In this document: positions 41,319 to 50,772 of the stretch, in pieces | How the letters are laid out: the number at the start of each line of letters is the position of its first letter | Numbering within the stretch: position 1 is the first letter of the stretch | From: Myxococcales bacterium | Lineage (GTDB): Bacteria; Myxococcota_A; Polyangia; Polyangiales; DASUME01 | Assembly (NCBI GenBank): GCA_047601445.1 | Contig: JASGJH010000001.1 | Coordinates: forward strand, 4,672,001-4,736,000 | DNA length: 64,000 nt | Reading direction: 5' to 3' | Notes under the pieces: model-generated | Seen by the model: the letters and a program-made list of their open reading frames with translations, nothing else | What the model was told of the DNA's origin: nothing | Database searches by the model: none | Program-made: the position numbers and the translations under genes

Positions 41319-42761
41319 ATGCTTGAGGATCACAGCGCACGCGGGAGTGCCGCATCCCGACTGGCCCAAGGCACCTTGATGGTGCTGGCCCTCGCGAGCG
41401 GGTTCGGCTGTGGCAACGAGGCGGCCCCGCTCGGCGGCGAGAGCAACGCCGTGGGTGACAGCGACAAGTGGTGCGACGCGCTCGAGGTGCTGCGCGAAGA
41501 GTGCCAGGAGTGCCACAGCAAAGGCGTGGTCTCCACGGCCCCGATGCCCCTCGATACCTACCAGGACTTGATCGCGAGCGCCGCAACCGACAGCTCCAAG
41601 AAGGTCTACGAGCTCGTCAGCAAGCGCATCCACGACAAGAAGAGCCCGATGCCGGAGCCCCCGCGCAAGCTCAGCGACGATCAGCTGGACGCACTGGACG
41701 CCTGGATCGCGGCGGGTGCGCTCCCCGGCAGCGATCCCACGTGCAAGAAGCACGGGAGCTCCTCGGGCGACGGCGACGGCGATGGAGACTCCACGGCGGG
41801 CGACGGGGACTCCACCACCGGCGACGGGGACTCCACCGGCGACGGGGACTCCACCGGCGACGGGGACTCCACCACGGGCGACGGAGACTCCACGGCGGGC
41901 GACGGGGACTCCACGTCCAGCAACGACGGCTGGCCCACCAACTGCGACGAGACGCACAAGATCCTGGCCAACGACGGCGGCAAGCCCCATGCGGTGGCCA
42001 AGGGCACCCAGACGCATCCACAATTCTACTTCGACGCTCCGTGGGGCGATCAGGAAGTGCAGGCCATCGCGTTCCGGCCCATCACGGACAACGCCAAGGT
42101 ATTGCACCACTGGATCCTCTACGAAAACAGCGGCGGTAGCGCCCTCGGCGGCAACTTCCTCTCCGGTTGGTCTCCCGGCAAGGACGGCGTACGCACGTTC
42201 CCGGCCGACATCGGTGTGTACATGCCGAGCGGCAAGCAGGTGCTGCGACTCGACACGCACTATTACAACCAGGCCAAGGACAGCAAGGACGAGACCGACA
42301 GCAGCGGCGTCGAGATCTGCGTCGTGCACAAGGAGCACTTCCGCAAGAACACCGCGAGCACCTTCGCGTTCGGCACGACCTTCTTCACGGTCCCCAACGG
42401 AGCCCCGAAGGTCAAGACCACATGCAACGTGACCACCACGGGCGGCTCGGCCTACCTGATCAGTAGCAGCCCGCACATGCACACGCTGGGCGTCTGGGCC
42501 AAGTTCTCTCGCACGCGCTCGGGAGCCGAGATGATGCTGCAGGACACGGCGTTCAGCTTCGAGTTCCAGGAGGGCAAGTCGCTCGACCGCGTGGAGCTCA
42601 AGACGGGCGACAAGATGCTCACGGAGTGCGACTACGAGAACATGGGCGGCACGGTCATGTTCGGTCCCGACACCGAAGACGAGATGTGCTTCAACTTCGC
42701 CATGTACTATCCGAAGGGCGCCCTCAAGTGCCCGATGACCGCGGGCATGGTCTCGAACTGA
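41319..42761 (+). CDS. Lipoprotein: cytochrome c (CxxCH) plus PHM/DBH-like copper monooxygenase
   Basis: GGAGG RBS, lipobox GFGC, CQECH..PMP, VLHHW, DTHY, PHMH, EDEMC. Confidence 0.85.
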   Translation: MLEDHSARGSAASRLAQGTLMVLALASGFGCGNEAAPLGGESNAVGDSDKWCDALEVLREECQECHSKGVVSTAPMPLDTYQDLIASAATDSSKKVYELVSKRIHDKKSPMPEPPRKLSDDQLDALDAWIAAGALPGSDPTCKKHGSSSGDGDGDGDSTAGDGDSTTGDGDSTGDGDSTGDGDSTTGDGDSTAGDGDSTSSNDGWPTNCDETHKILANDGGKPHAVAKGTQTHPQFYFDAPWGDQEVQAIAFRPITDNAKVLHHWILYENSGGSALGGNFLSGWSPGKDGVRTFPADIGVYMPSGKQVLRLDTHYYNQAKDSKDETDSSGVEICVVHKEHFRKNTASTFAFGTTFFTVPNGAPKVKTTCNVTTTGGSAYLISSSPHMHTLGVWAKFSRTRSGAEMMLQDTAFSFEFQEGKSLDRVELKTGDKMLTECDYENMGGTVMFGPDTEDEMCFNFAMYYPKGALKCPMTAGMVSN

Positions 42762-42802
42762 GGAAGTTTGCAGCGGCCCGCACTCGCGACGGCAGCCCGA
42801 GC

Positions 42803-44248
42803 TCAGGGATTCGTGGGTGAGCCGACGACACGCTTCGCCGCGCGCCTCTTGCGCTTGCGTGCGTCCACGCTGCGCTTGGTGGTCGGGGCGTCGTCTTGCT
42901 GCTCCACGGCGGATTCGGAGGGCGGTAGCGGCGCCACCATCGGCGCGATCACCGGGGCTTCCGGCACGGGCACCTGCGGCGCGCCGATCACGAGCGCAGG
43001 CGTAGGCTGAGCCGCATTGGCGAGCCCGGGCCGAGCCTCGCGTAGCCATGAGAAAGCCAGCACCAACAGGGCAAAGCAGGAGGCCAGCGCCCACATCCAT
43101 GGGCGCGGAATGCTGCGCACGAAGCGCGGCGCCACGCGGCGCAGGGCCGCCAGCTGCTCCCGGATGGGACTCGAGATGGGCGCCAGCATGACCTCCGTCT
43201 TGGCCGGGGCGGCACGGAGTCGCCGACTACCCTGCACGCACTTGGCGTGAGCGGGGACCGCCTGGAGCGCACTTGCCAGGGCGTCGCGCATCTCCTGCGC
43301 CGTCTGATAGCGCCGCTCGCGCTCGGGCTCGAGTGCGCGGGCGACCGTCTGCGAGAGAGCGTGTCCCAGCTCCGGCCGTAGATCGACGAGACCGGGCGCG
43401 CTGCGCGAGGCCACCTGCTGGGCAAGCTCCACGAGCGTATCCGCAGCGTAAGGCAGGTGCCCGCTGAGCCACTGATACAGCAACACACCGACGCTATAGA
43501 GATCGGCGCGCGCGTCGAGATCGCGGCTGCCGGTCAGCTGTTCGGGGGCCATGTAGATGGGGGTCCCGAGCGTGACGCCCACCTTGGTGAGCTGCTTCAG
43601 GCGCGGACGCTTTGCGCCAGGTGCCAGCGGGGGCGACGAAGCGCGCGCGGGTGCCGTGGGTTCGGCCACCTTGGAGATGCCGAAGTCGAGCAGCTTGGGG
43701 AAGCGCCCGTCGTTGTCGCGCACCACGAAGACGTTCTCGGGCTTGAGGTCGCGATGGACCAGGCCCGACTTGTGCACGGCATCGAGTCCGCTCAGGCACT
43801 GCATCACGAACTGAATCGCCTCGCGCACCGGCCAGGGGTCGTCACGCTGGATGGACTTGGCCAGCTCTTCCCCGTCGAGCAGCTCCTGCACCATGTAGTA
43901 CAGGCCCTCGTCGGTGACGCCGAAGTCGAACACGTCGACCACGAAGCGATGCTTCACGCGGGCGGCGCTCTTGGCTTCGCGCACGAAGCGCGCGGAGGCG
44001 ACCTCGCTGTCCTCCTGCGAAGGCGTCAGGAATTTGATCGCGACGTGACGATCGAGGGCCTCGTGCACCGCGGCCCACACGGAGCCCATGGCGCCTTCCC
44101 CGATCTGCTTACGCAGCCGATACTTTCCCGCGACGATCAGACCGACTTCCAAAAGCGTCTCCCCCAGGTGCAGAGCGACCTGAGCGCGAACACCGAAATG
44201 GTATACGGGTTGGCTACGGCCTAAAAGAATCGTTTGTTGGCCAGCCAA
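42803..44248 (-). CDS. Hanks-type Ser/Thr protein kinase with C-terminal TM
   Basis: GEGAMG, VAIK, HRDLKPEN, DFG, YMAPE; true start may be downstream. Confidence 0.93.
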   Translation of the reverse strand: MAGQQTILLGRSQPVYHFGVRAQVALHLGETLLEVGLIVAGKYRLRKQIGEGAMGSVWAAVHEALDRHVAIKFLTPSQEDSEVASARFVREAKSAARVKHRFVVDVFDFGVTDEGLYYMVQELLDGEELAKSIQRDDPWPVREAIQFVMQCLSGLDAVHKSGLVHRDLKPENVFVVRDNDGRFPKLLDFGISKVAEPTAPARASSPPLAPGAKRPRLKQLTKVGVTLGTPIYMAPEQLTGSRDLDARADLYSVGVLLYQWLSGHLPYAADTLVELAQQVASRSAPGLVDLRPELGHALSQTVARALEPERERRYQTAQEMRDALASALQAVPAHAKCVQGSRRLRAAPAKTEVMLAPISSPIREQLAALRRVAPRFVRSIPRPWMWALASCFALLVLAFSWLREARPGLANAAQPTPALVIGAPQVPVPEAPVIAPMVAPLPPSESAVEQQDDAPTTKRSVDARKRKRRAAKRVVGSPTNP

Positions 44249-44445
44249 GATGGGCTCGCGAGGTCACCCCACGCGTCGAACGGGCCATTCCCTTCGTACG
44301 CTGGAGCACTTGGATTCGTGGGCAACGCGCAGTCCTTGTGCACGCTCTGCACACATCCCTCACACGCCACAACGCAGGCTTTTTCCGTGCTCTGGACCGC
44401 TTCGCAGTGCCCGCGCGAGCTTCACTTACGTTACGCTGAGATCAC

Positions 44446-44940
44446 ATGCAGCAGCCGTCGCGCACGCCCAAGCTCGGCCCGACCGTGGGAGACCTCGCTT
44501 TCCAACTCGGTTATGCCGCGGCCTACCGCCTGATGCGCACCTACTGGCGCCTGCGGCGGCCCACCACCCACGGCGCGCTGGTCGCCATCTGGTGTCGCGG
44601 GGAGGTGCTGCTCGTGAAGCAGTCGTACCTGCCGTACTACAGCGCTCCCGGGGGCTACCTCAAGAGCGGAGAGATCGCGCGCGACGCGGCGCGGCGGGAG
44701 TTGAGGGAGGAGCTGTCCCTCGAGATCGATCCGAACAAGCTCTCGCTCGCACTCGAGCTCACCCATCAATGGGAAGGCAAGCACGACCACGTGGCCATCT
44801 TCTCGATGGAGCTCCCCGAACGTCCGAACATCACACTGGACTACCGCGAGGTGGTGGAAGCGTTCTGGTTTCGTCCCGAGCAGGTGCAGGCGCTCGACGT
44901 GTTCCCGCCGCTGAAGCGAGCTATCGCCCAACACGCATGA
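44446..44940 (+). CDS. NUDIX hydrolase
   Basis: PGGYLKSGEIARDAARRELREE Nudix box. Confidence 0.9.
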   Translation: MQQPSRTPKLGPTVGDLAFQLGYAAAYRLMRTYWRLRRPTTHGALVAIWCRGEVLLVKQSYLPYYSAPGGYLKSGEIARDAARRELREELSLEIDPNKLSLALELTHQWEGKHDHVAIFSMELPERPNITLDYREVVEAFWFRPEQVQALDVFPPLKRAIAQHA

Positions 44941-45826
44941 TGGCGCGCGCGTTCTGCTGCAGGCCGCTGAGCAGCTCCTGCGCACGCGCGAAGCCGATCT
45001 CCGAGGCCAAGCGGACTAGCTCCTTGGGCAAATGAGCCCCGGCGCGCGACGCTGCCGCCAGATCTTTCGCGCTCAAGGTGATGTGGGGCCGCCGGGTCGA
45101 CGCGGGCGCAGCGCTCGCGAGCATTTTGGTCCTGGCGGGCGCAGCTCCGCGCGCACGGGCGGGCCGGGTGGGGGCGGGCTCGCGCACGATGCGCTTGGTG
45201 ATCACCTTGGGGGTGCGCGTGGCCCCGGTCGCGCCCTTGGCGCGGTGACTGAACGAACCAATCTGCTCGGCGACCGAGGGCGCCGGCGCCACGGCGGCCG
45301 CCATGGGCAACGAAAGTTGGGCCCCTTCCACGCGCGCCGCTTCGATGCGTGGGGTCACCACGCGTGGGACCACCACGCGCGGCTTGGGCTTGCGCGGCTT
45401 CTTGCGGGCCTCTTCGAGCGCCTTCTTCCAGCCTGGGATCGGCTCGGCGAGATCCAGCAACCAGGCGTCGAGCCGATCGAGCTCGCCGATGCGCACGACG
45501 TCTTCCGGCCAACCATGTCCCTCCTCGGGCACCTGGTAGAGCGTGATGCACGACGGATGCGGCACGAAACGCACGAGCTGAGCGTCCCAAGCGCAGGAGT
45601 AGCCGACGACGATGCCCAACCAGGGCTGTCTCCGCTGCTCGTCGGTGCAGAAATGGGCCAGCGACGGGAACGAAACCACGCGCCGCCGACCCAGATGATC
45701 GGTAAGCGCCTCTCGCTGCTCGGCCTCGCGCATGATGAGCGCCACCGGTGCCTCGATTCGCGCCGGCAACGCAACGATTCGGCGGCGCGCACCCGCCGCC
45801 AGTTCGGTGCTCTGCTCCAAAGACAT
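44921..45826 (-). CDS. Hypothetical protein with a basic low-complexity region
   Basis: Long ORF with coding-like bias; no family recognised. Confidence 0.55.
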   Translation of the reverse strand: MSLEQSTELAAGARRRIVALPARIEAPVALIMREAEQREALTDHLGRRRVVSFPSLAHFCTDEQRRQPWLGIVVGYSCAWDAQLVRFVPHPSCITLYQVPEEGHGWPEDVVRIGELDRLDAWLLDLAEPIPGWKKALEEARKKPRKPKPRVVVPRVVTPRIEAARVEGAQLSLPMAAAVAPAPSVAEQIGSFSHRAKGATGATRTPKVITKRIVREPAPTRPARARGAAPARTKMLASAAPASTRRPHITLSAKDLAAASRAGAHLPKELVRLASEIGFARAQELLSGLQQNARAIMRVGR

Positions 45827-45892
45827 CTGACTCAAAACATAGTGGAGGTTTTCGCTTCGGCCAACCAGTGATCTACACGATTCGTGCGCTTT

Positions 45893-46201
45893 CTAGCGTT
45901 GAGCCGGAAGCAGTTTCGAATCGGTGGAAACGCCGCGGTCAGGCGACGCTCCGGAGACTGCGTGTCTGGCGCGCTCCACGCTCTCCAGAATCCCGCGGGC
46001 ATGTACCAAAAACAGCTCGCCCGAGCGCGAGAGACGCACGCCGCGCGCGGTGCGCTCGAACAGCGTGACACCGAGCTCGTCCTCGAGGTTCCGGATCTGG
46101 CGGCTCAAGGGCGGTTGCGCGATGTGGAGCCGCTGGGCCGCGCGACTGACGTTGCCCTCCTCGGCCACGGCCACGAAGTAGCGTACTTGGGAGAAACTCA
46201 C
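45893..46201 (-). CDS. LysR HTH-only regulator (no effector domain)
   Basis: YFVAVAEEGNVSRAAQRLHIAQPPLSRQI..LEDELG..LFER; ends at ~100 aa. Confidence 0.8.
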   Translation of the reverse strand: MSFSQVRYFVAVAEEGNVSRAAQRLHIAQPPLSRQIRNLEDELGVTLFERTARGVRLSRSGELFLVHARGILESVERARHAVSGASPDRGVSTDSKLLPAQR

Positions 46202-46286
46202 GGCACCAAGCCTAACTGATTTGAGGGGGGACGATAGATCACCAAAGTATGGGTGCGGCGCGCCTGGCGACAACACACTCCATGGG

Positions 46287-47069
46287 ATGAGCATCGAACT
46301 TTATGGCCCTCGAGAGCGAGAAAAATTGCGACGCGCGGGCCGTGTGGCAGCAGAAACCTTGGCCCACGTCGCGAGCCAGCTAAAGCCCGGACTCAGTACG
46401 GCCCATATCGACCAGCTGGTGCGCGAGGACACGGCGCGCCGCGGCGGCATCCCGAGCCAGCTCGGCTACCAAGGTTTTCCACACGCCGTGTGCACGAGCC
46501 GCAACCACGTGGTGTGCCACGGCATGCCATCACCCACGGAGCTCCTGCAGGAGGGTGACATCCTCAACGTGGATGTCACGACCGAGCTCGACGGCTTCCA
46601 CGGCGATACTTCGGCCACGTTCGTGATCGGCGCAGCGAACGCGGAGGCCATGCACGTGGTGGACGTCGCGCGGAGTTGTCTGCAGGCAGGCATCGCGTGC
46701 GTGACACCGGGAGCCCGCCTGGGAGACATCGGGGCCGCCATCGACGAGCTCGCGCGCAAGCAGGGCTGCTCCGTGGTCCGCGACTACGGCGGGCACGGCA
46801 TTGGTCGCAAAATGCACCAGGCCCCGCACGTGTCGCACGTGGGCCAGCGCGGAGCGGGCCTGAGGCTGCGGCCAGGCATGGCGTTCACGATCGAGCCGAT
46901 GGTGAACCTGGGCGGAGCCGCGGTGCGCGTGCTTCGCGATGGCTGGACCGTGGTCAGTGCGGACGGCTGCCTGTCGGCGCAATTCGAGCACACGGTGCTG
47001 GTCACCGAGCGAGGCTGCGAGGTCCTCACGGATTTGACCGCCCCCCCGGTCACGAATCACACACGCTAG
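46287..47069 (+). CDS. map: Type I methionine aminopeptidase
   Basis: VCHGMP, NVDVT..GFHGD, GHGIG, FTIEPM, SAQFEHT. Confidence 0.95.
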   Translation: MSIELYGPREREKLRRAGRVAAETLAHVASQLKPGLSTAHIDQLVREDTARRGGIPSQLGYQGFPHAVCTSRNHVVCHGMPSPTELLQEGDILNVDVTTELDGFHGDTSATFVIGAANAEAMHVVDVARSCLQAGIACVTPGARLGDIGAAIDELARKQGCSVVRDYGGHGIGRKMHQAPHVSHVGQRGAGLRLRPGMAFTIEPMVNLGGAAVRVLRDGWTVVSADGCLSAQFEHTVLVTERGCEVLTDLTAPPVTNHTR

Positions 47070-47137
47070 CCGAATCATCCAAAGACTCGAGCCAGTTCGT
47101 TCAAGTTGGCGACGAGAGTGCATGGGATAAGCGGCCC

Positions 47138-49792
47138 ATGCTTACCTCTTTCCTTGATCCCGACGTTGCAACGCGCAGCTCATGCTGGCGACTCCTTTTC
47201 GCGTTGATCACCCTCACCCCGGCAGGCTGTGACACAGCGTCCGTGCCGCCAGCGCTCGAGTTTCCTGCTCCAGGCGACCACGCTGGCGATGGCGACGGGG
47301 ATGCGGACGATCTCGACGCGGACACACCGCGAGAAGAGCCCGGACCCAATGGGCACGAGGCAACGCACGACGCCGGAGCCCGCGACCCGAACGATGCGGG
47401 GGACGCGGCAGCGGACGGGCAAGATGCGCAAGTCGAGCCCAGCGCGTGTCACCAGGAGTGGACCGACAAGGGCAAGGACTCCCTGTGCGCGAGCTGCGCC
47501 TGTGGGCGCTGCGCCAAGGACCCCGCGTCGTGCATGGCCGACAACCCGCGATGCGACGTGGCTTGCGGCGCCGCCAGCCAGCCCTGCGGGTTCAACGACC
47601 TCTCGTGCCAGCAACGCTATTGCAGCGCGGACCCTGCGCTCGAGGCCAAGCGCGCCGCTTCCGCCAAGCAGTTCGCCACGCCCGTAATCGAGAAGGTCAG
47701 CGTCGGAGGGCAGGAGGTGTGGCACGCCGGACAGGGCGCATTCGAGCTCGAACCGGGGGCCAAGGTCACGCTCGAGGGCAAGGGTTTCGGCGCAGGCCCG
47801 GAGGTGGACTTCGCCAAGCTCCTGGTGGGTAACGTACGGGTGCTCGAGACCGATCTCACGATGTACGAGCAGCAACTCGACATCACCAAGCAAGTGCACT
47901 CCGAGACGCCGACGGTGCGCAGCCGCTGGCCCAAGGACGTGGCGAGCTGGAGCGACACCAAGATCGAGTTCAACGTGCCGGGCCATGCGACCCGCGGCCC
48001 CATCCTCGTGCAGGTGCAAAAGCGAGTGGGCGCCAACCCGTCCTATGTGTACCCGGGCGAGCCGCACGCGGTGCTCGACACGCAGACCATGCGCATCACC
48101 GATCCGACCTTCAAGCATCGCTGCGACGTGGTCAGCCAGCTCTCCGATGCCAAGGCCTCGAACGAGATCCCGGTGACGATGGTGAACCCCGGGCTCGCCG
48201 GGTTGGTGAAGAAGGGGCGCGAGATTTTCTGGTCCTACGACTACAACATCGGGCTCACCCACAACCTGCGTGGTCTCGACTGGAAGGCCATTCTGAACAA
48301 GCAGGTCACCGATCCCATCACCAAGCTCACCGCCGATCCGTTGACGCTGTTCGGTGCCTACACCAGCAAGGCTGGCGAGGTGCCCTCCGAGGCGCTCGAT
48401 ACGGTGCACTTCGATCCCTACCCGCAGAAGAACCCCATCCCCGGCTGGCTCCTGCTCTCGGCCCAGAAGACCGCGGGCAACACGCGCGACACCGGGTACG
48501 TGGGCTATCGCTACGCTGAAGCCACCAACCCCTACCTGGGCGACGGCGAGTGGATCGGTTTCAACTGCGCCTCCTGCCACGGCTACCGCGTGAGCTTCGA
48601 GTCAGCCCCGGGTGTGACCACCACCAAGGTGATCCCGGGCCTGCCGAATCCGCGCTGGAGCATGAAATGGGCGGTGCTGGGGCAGTTCAAGGGGGTGACG
48701 GGCGAAGAGGCGGGGCCGCTGTGGGATCCGGAGCCCAAGCAGGTGGACAAGACGGCCTTGATCTACGCGATGCCCCATGGACACGGGGAACACGACCTGG
48801 TGCGCTTTCACGGTGAAGGCAGCCTGACTGACAATGACTACGGCTTCGCCCCCATCGCGATCCCGAACGTCACCCATTACCTGCCCATCAGACGCTCGCT
48901 CTCGCACACGGAGGCCTACGTGGGCTTCGAGGGCTCGTATATCCACGCGGAAGAGCCGGATGGTGCGCTCGGCTCGATGGATGCCGATTCGCTCAAGGCG
49001 CTCACCGCGTACATGGGGCAACTCGACGGCAACGACGACGCGCTGCGCCGCGTGGGACTCTACCGCACGCTCGAGCAGCAAGGTTTGAGCGCGCTGGTCA
49101 ACGGGGATGGCGAAGGTGCGTTCGTGCAAAAGGGACCGGGCGCCTATGCGGAGCTGACGAGTCACCTGGAGAGTGGACGCGCGAGCTTCGAGCAGAGCTG
49201 CGCCAGCTGCCACCAGGATCACGTCGGCCAGTACACGAGCGAGCGGATGATCCCATTGCACGAGGTGGGGCGCTTCTTCGAGCCCACCGTCTATCACCGC
49301 GAGATGCAGTCCATCCGCGTGAGCTTCCTGCGCGATCTGTACTGGGTGCAGCACCGCGGGTTGCTCTCGGACGGTCACGTCCGCAACCTGACCGACCTGG
49401 TGGATCCGGAGCGCTGCACCGAGGGGAGCCAACTCTACCAGCGCTACTACACGATCCACGCGCCGAACTCGCTGCCCGCGGCTGGACCGGATTTCCCGAC
49501 GCCCATCGCCCACGAAAACCCGCGCGGTGAGGTGTTCCGCGTGCTGCGCAGCACCGACGGAAGCGAGAGCGGAAAAGCCCGCAACACGTTCGTGGAGCGC
49601 TTCCGCTACTTCAGCCAGCTGGCCTCGGATCCGGGCCACTATTACTGGGACTACCAAAAGATGCGCAAGGAGTATGGTCCGTGGGAGCTCGGCTCAGCGG
49701 AGCCCATCGGCATGCCGGCGGCACCGCACCCCTGGTGCGTCAAAAGCAAGGAGGAGATCGCCGACCTGGTGCTCTACCTGTCGTCGCTGTGA
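47138..49792 (+). CDS. Large lipoprotein with Cys-rich region, IPT/TIG-like domain and two CxxCH heme motifs
   Basis: PAGC lipobox; FNCASCH and QSCASCH; start uncertain. Confidence 0.75.
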   Translation: MLTSFLDPDVATRSSCWRLLFALITLTPAGCDTASVPPALEFPAPGDHAGDGDGDADDLDADTPREEPGPNGHEATHDAGARDPNDAGDAAADGQDAQVEPSACHQEWTDKGKDSLCASCACGRCAKDPASCMADNPRCDVACGAASQPCGFNDLSCQQRYCSADPALEAKRAASAKQFATPVIEKVSVGGQEVWHAGQGAFELEPGAKVTLEGKGFGAGPEVDFAKLLVGNVRVLETDLTMYEQQLDITKQVHSETPTVRSRWPKDVASWSDTKIEFNVPGHATRGPILVQVQKRVGANPSYVYPGEPHAVLDTQTMRITDPTFKHRCDVVSQLSDAKASNEIPVTMVNPGLAGLVKKGREIFWSYDYNIGLTHNLRGLDWKAILNKQVTDPITKLTADPLTLFGAYTSKAGEVPSEALDTVHFDPYPQKNPIPGWLLLSAQKTAGNTRDTGYVGYRYAEATNPYLGDGEWIGFNCASCHGYRVSFESAPGVTTTKVIPGLPNPRWSMKWAVLGQFKGVTGEEAGPLWDPEPKQVDKTALIYAMPHGHGEHDLVRFHGEGSLTDNDYGFAPIAIPNVTHYLPIRRSLSHTEAYVGFEGSYIHAEEPDGALGSMDADSLKALTAYMGQLDGNDDALRRVGLYRTLEQQGLSALVNGDGEGAFVQKGPGAYAELTSHLESGRASFEQSCASCHQDHVGQYTSERMIPLHEVGRFFEPTVYHREMQSIRVSFLRDLYWVQHRGLLSDGHVRNLTDLVDPERCTEGSQLYQRYYTIHAPNSLPAAGPDFPTPIAHENPRGEVFRVLRSTDGSESGKARNTFVERFRYFSQLASDPGHYYWDYQKMRKEYGPWELGSAEPIGMPAAPHPWCVKSKEEIADLVLYLSSL

Positions 49793-49804
49793 GCTAGCGC
49801 AACG

Positions 49805-50668
49805 TTAGAGTTCGAGTTCGCCTCGTGCGAGCTCGACCACGTCGCCCGCCACCGAGACCCGTCCGTCGGAAGCCACGCCGAGCAACAGGGTGGACGGGCG
49901 ACCCGTGTACTCGCCTTGTGCGATCTCGAGGGAGAGCGGCAGCGCGCGCTGCGTGGCGATCATGAAGCCACCGAGGTTCGCCGTGGCCGAGCCGGTCGCG
50001 GGGTCCTCGAACAAGCTTTCACCCACACAGAAGAAGAAGCGCGCGAAGGCGCGACCCGGGGTCGTCTCGACGAAGAGATACACCTTGATGGGCTTGGCGG
50101 CCGGAAACAGCGGGCGCAGCGCTTCCAGCTGCGGCTTCACGTTGCGCACGGCAGCCTCACTTGCCAGGGAGACCACGAGTTGCTCGTTGCCAGCGTCGAC
50201 CCACAGCGCTCGCGCGACGTCGACCTGGGTCAGCCCCAGCGCGCTCGCCAGATGCTCGAGGGACGGCTCGAATGCGCGGATGCGCGGGGTGTTGGCATCG
50301 AGCGAGCAGCGGGCGCACCCGCCGTCAGGCCTCTGCTGGATGCACACCGGAATTACGCCGGCTTCCATCTCGAGCGTGAGGTCATCGGAGGCGGCGAGCC
50401 CAAGCGAGCGCGCCACGAACGCCGAGCCCAGCGTGGGATGGCCGGCGAAGGGCATCTCGAAGCCGGGAGTGAAGATGCGAATGCGCGCATTGGCGCGCTC
50501 CGAGGGCAAGAGGAAGGTGGTCTCGGACAGGTTGAACTGGCGAGCCAGGGCCTGCATCGTGCGGCTGTCGAGGGCGCGACCGTCTTCGAATACGCAGAGA
50601 GGGTTGCCGCTGAGGCGATCGGTGCCCTGCGTGAAGACGTTGACGATGTGAAAGCGAAGCCGGGTCAT
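49805..50668 (-). CDS. PhzF-family protein
   Basis: GNPL, NLSETTF, RIFTP..EMPFAGHPT, EDPATGSA. Confidence 0.95.
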   Translation of the reverse strand: MTRLRFHIVNVFTQGTDRLSGNPLCVFEDGRALDSRTMQALARQFNLSETTFLLPSERANARIRIFTPGFEMPFAGHPTLGSAFVARSLGLAASDDLTLEMEAGVIPVCIQQRPDGGCARCSLDANTPRIRAFEPSLEHLASALGLTQVDVARALWVDAGNEQLVVSLASEAAVRNVKPQLEALRPLFPAAKPIKVYLFVETTPGRAFARFFFCVGESLFEDPATGSATANLGGFMIATQRALPLSLEIAQGEYTGRPSTLLLGVASDGRVSVAGDVVELARGELEL

Positions 50669-50721
50669 GCGCGCGCGCTCCAGGGCTGATGCGGACAAAA
50701 GCTAGGACAGTCGCGAAGCCA

Positions 50722-50737
50722 CGGCACGCCGGCTGCA
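50722..50737 (+). promoter_or_regulatory. sigma54 promoter candidate
   Basis: CGGCACG-CCGG-CTGCA (GG-N10-GC) upstream of GGAGG/TTG at 50773. Confidence 0.45.
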
Positions 50738-50772
50738 CTGTGTTTCACCCTGGGTTCCCGGGGAGGTCTGCT

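Noticed and set aside
41761..41915. 18/21-bp tandem repeats as a DNA element
   Set aside because: They encode an in-frame GDGDST linker, like the other GD linkers in the window.
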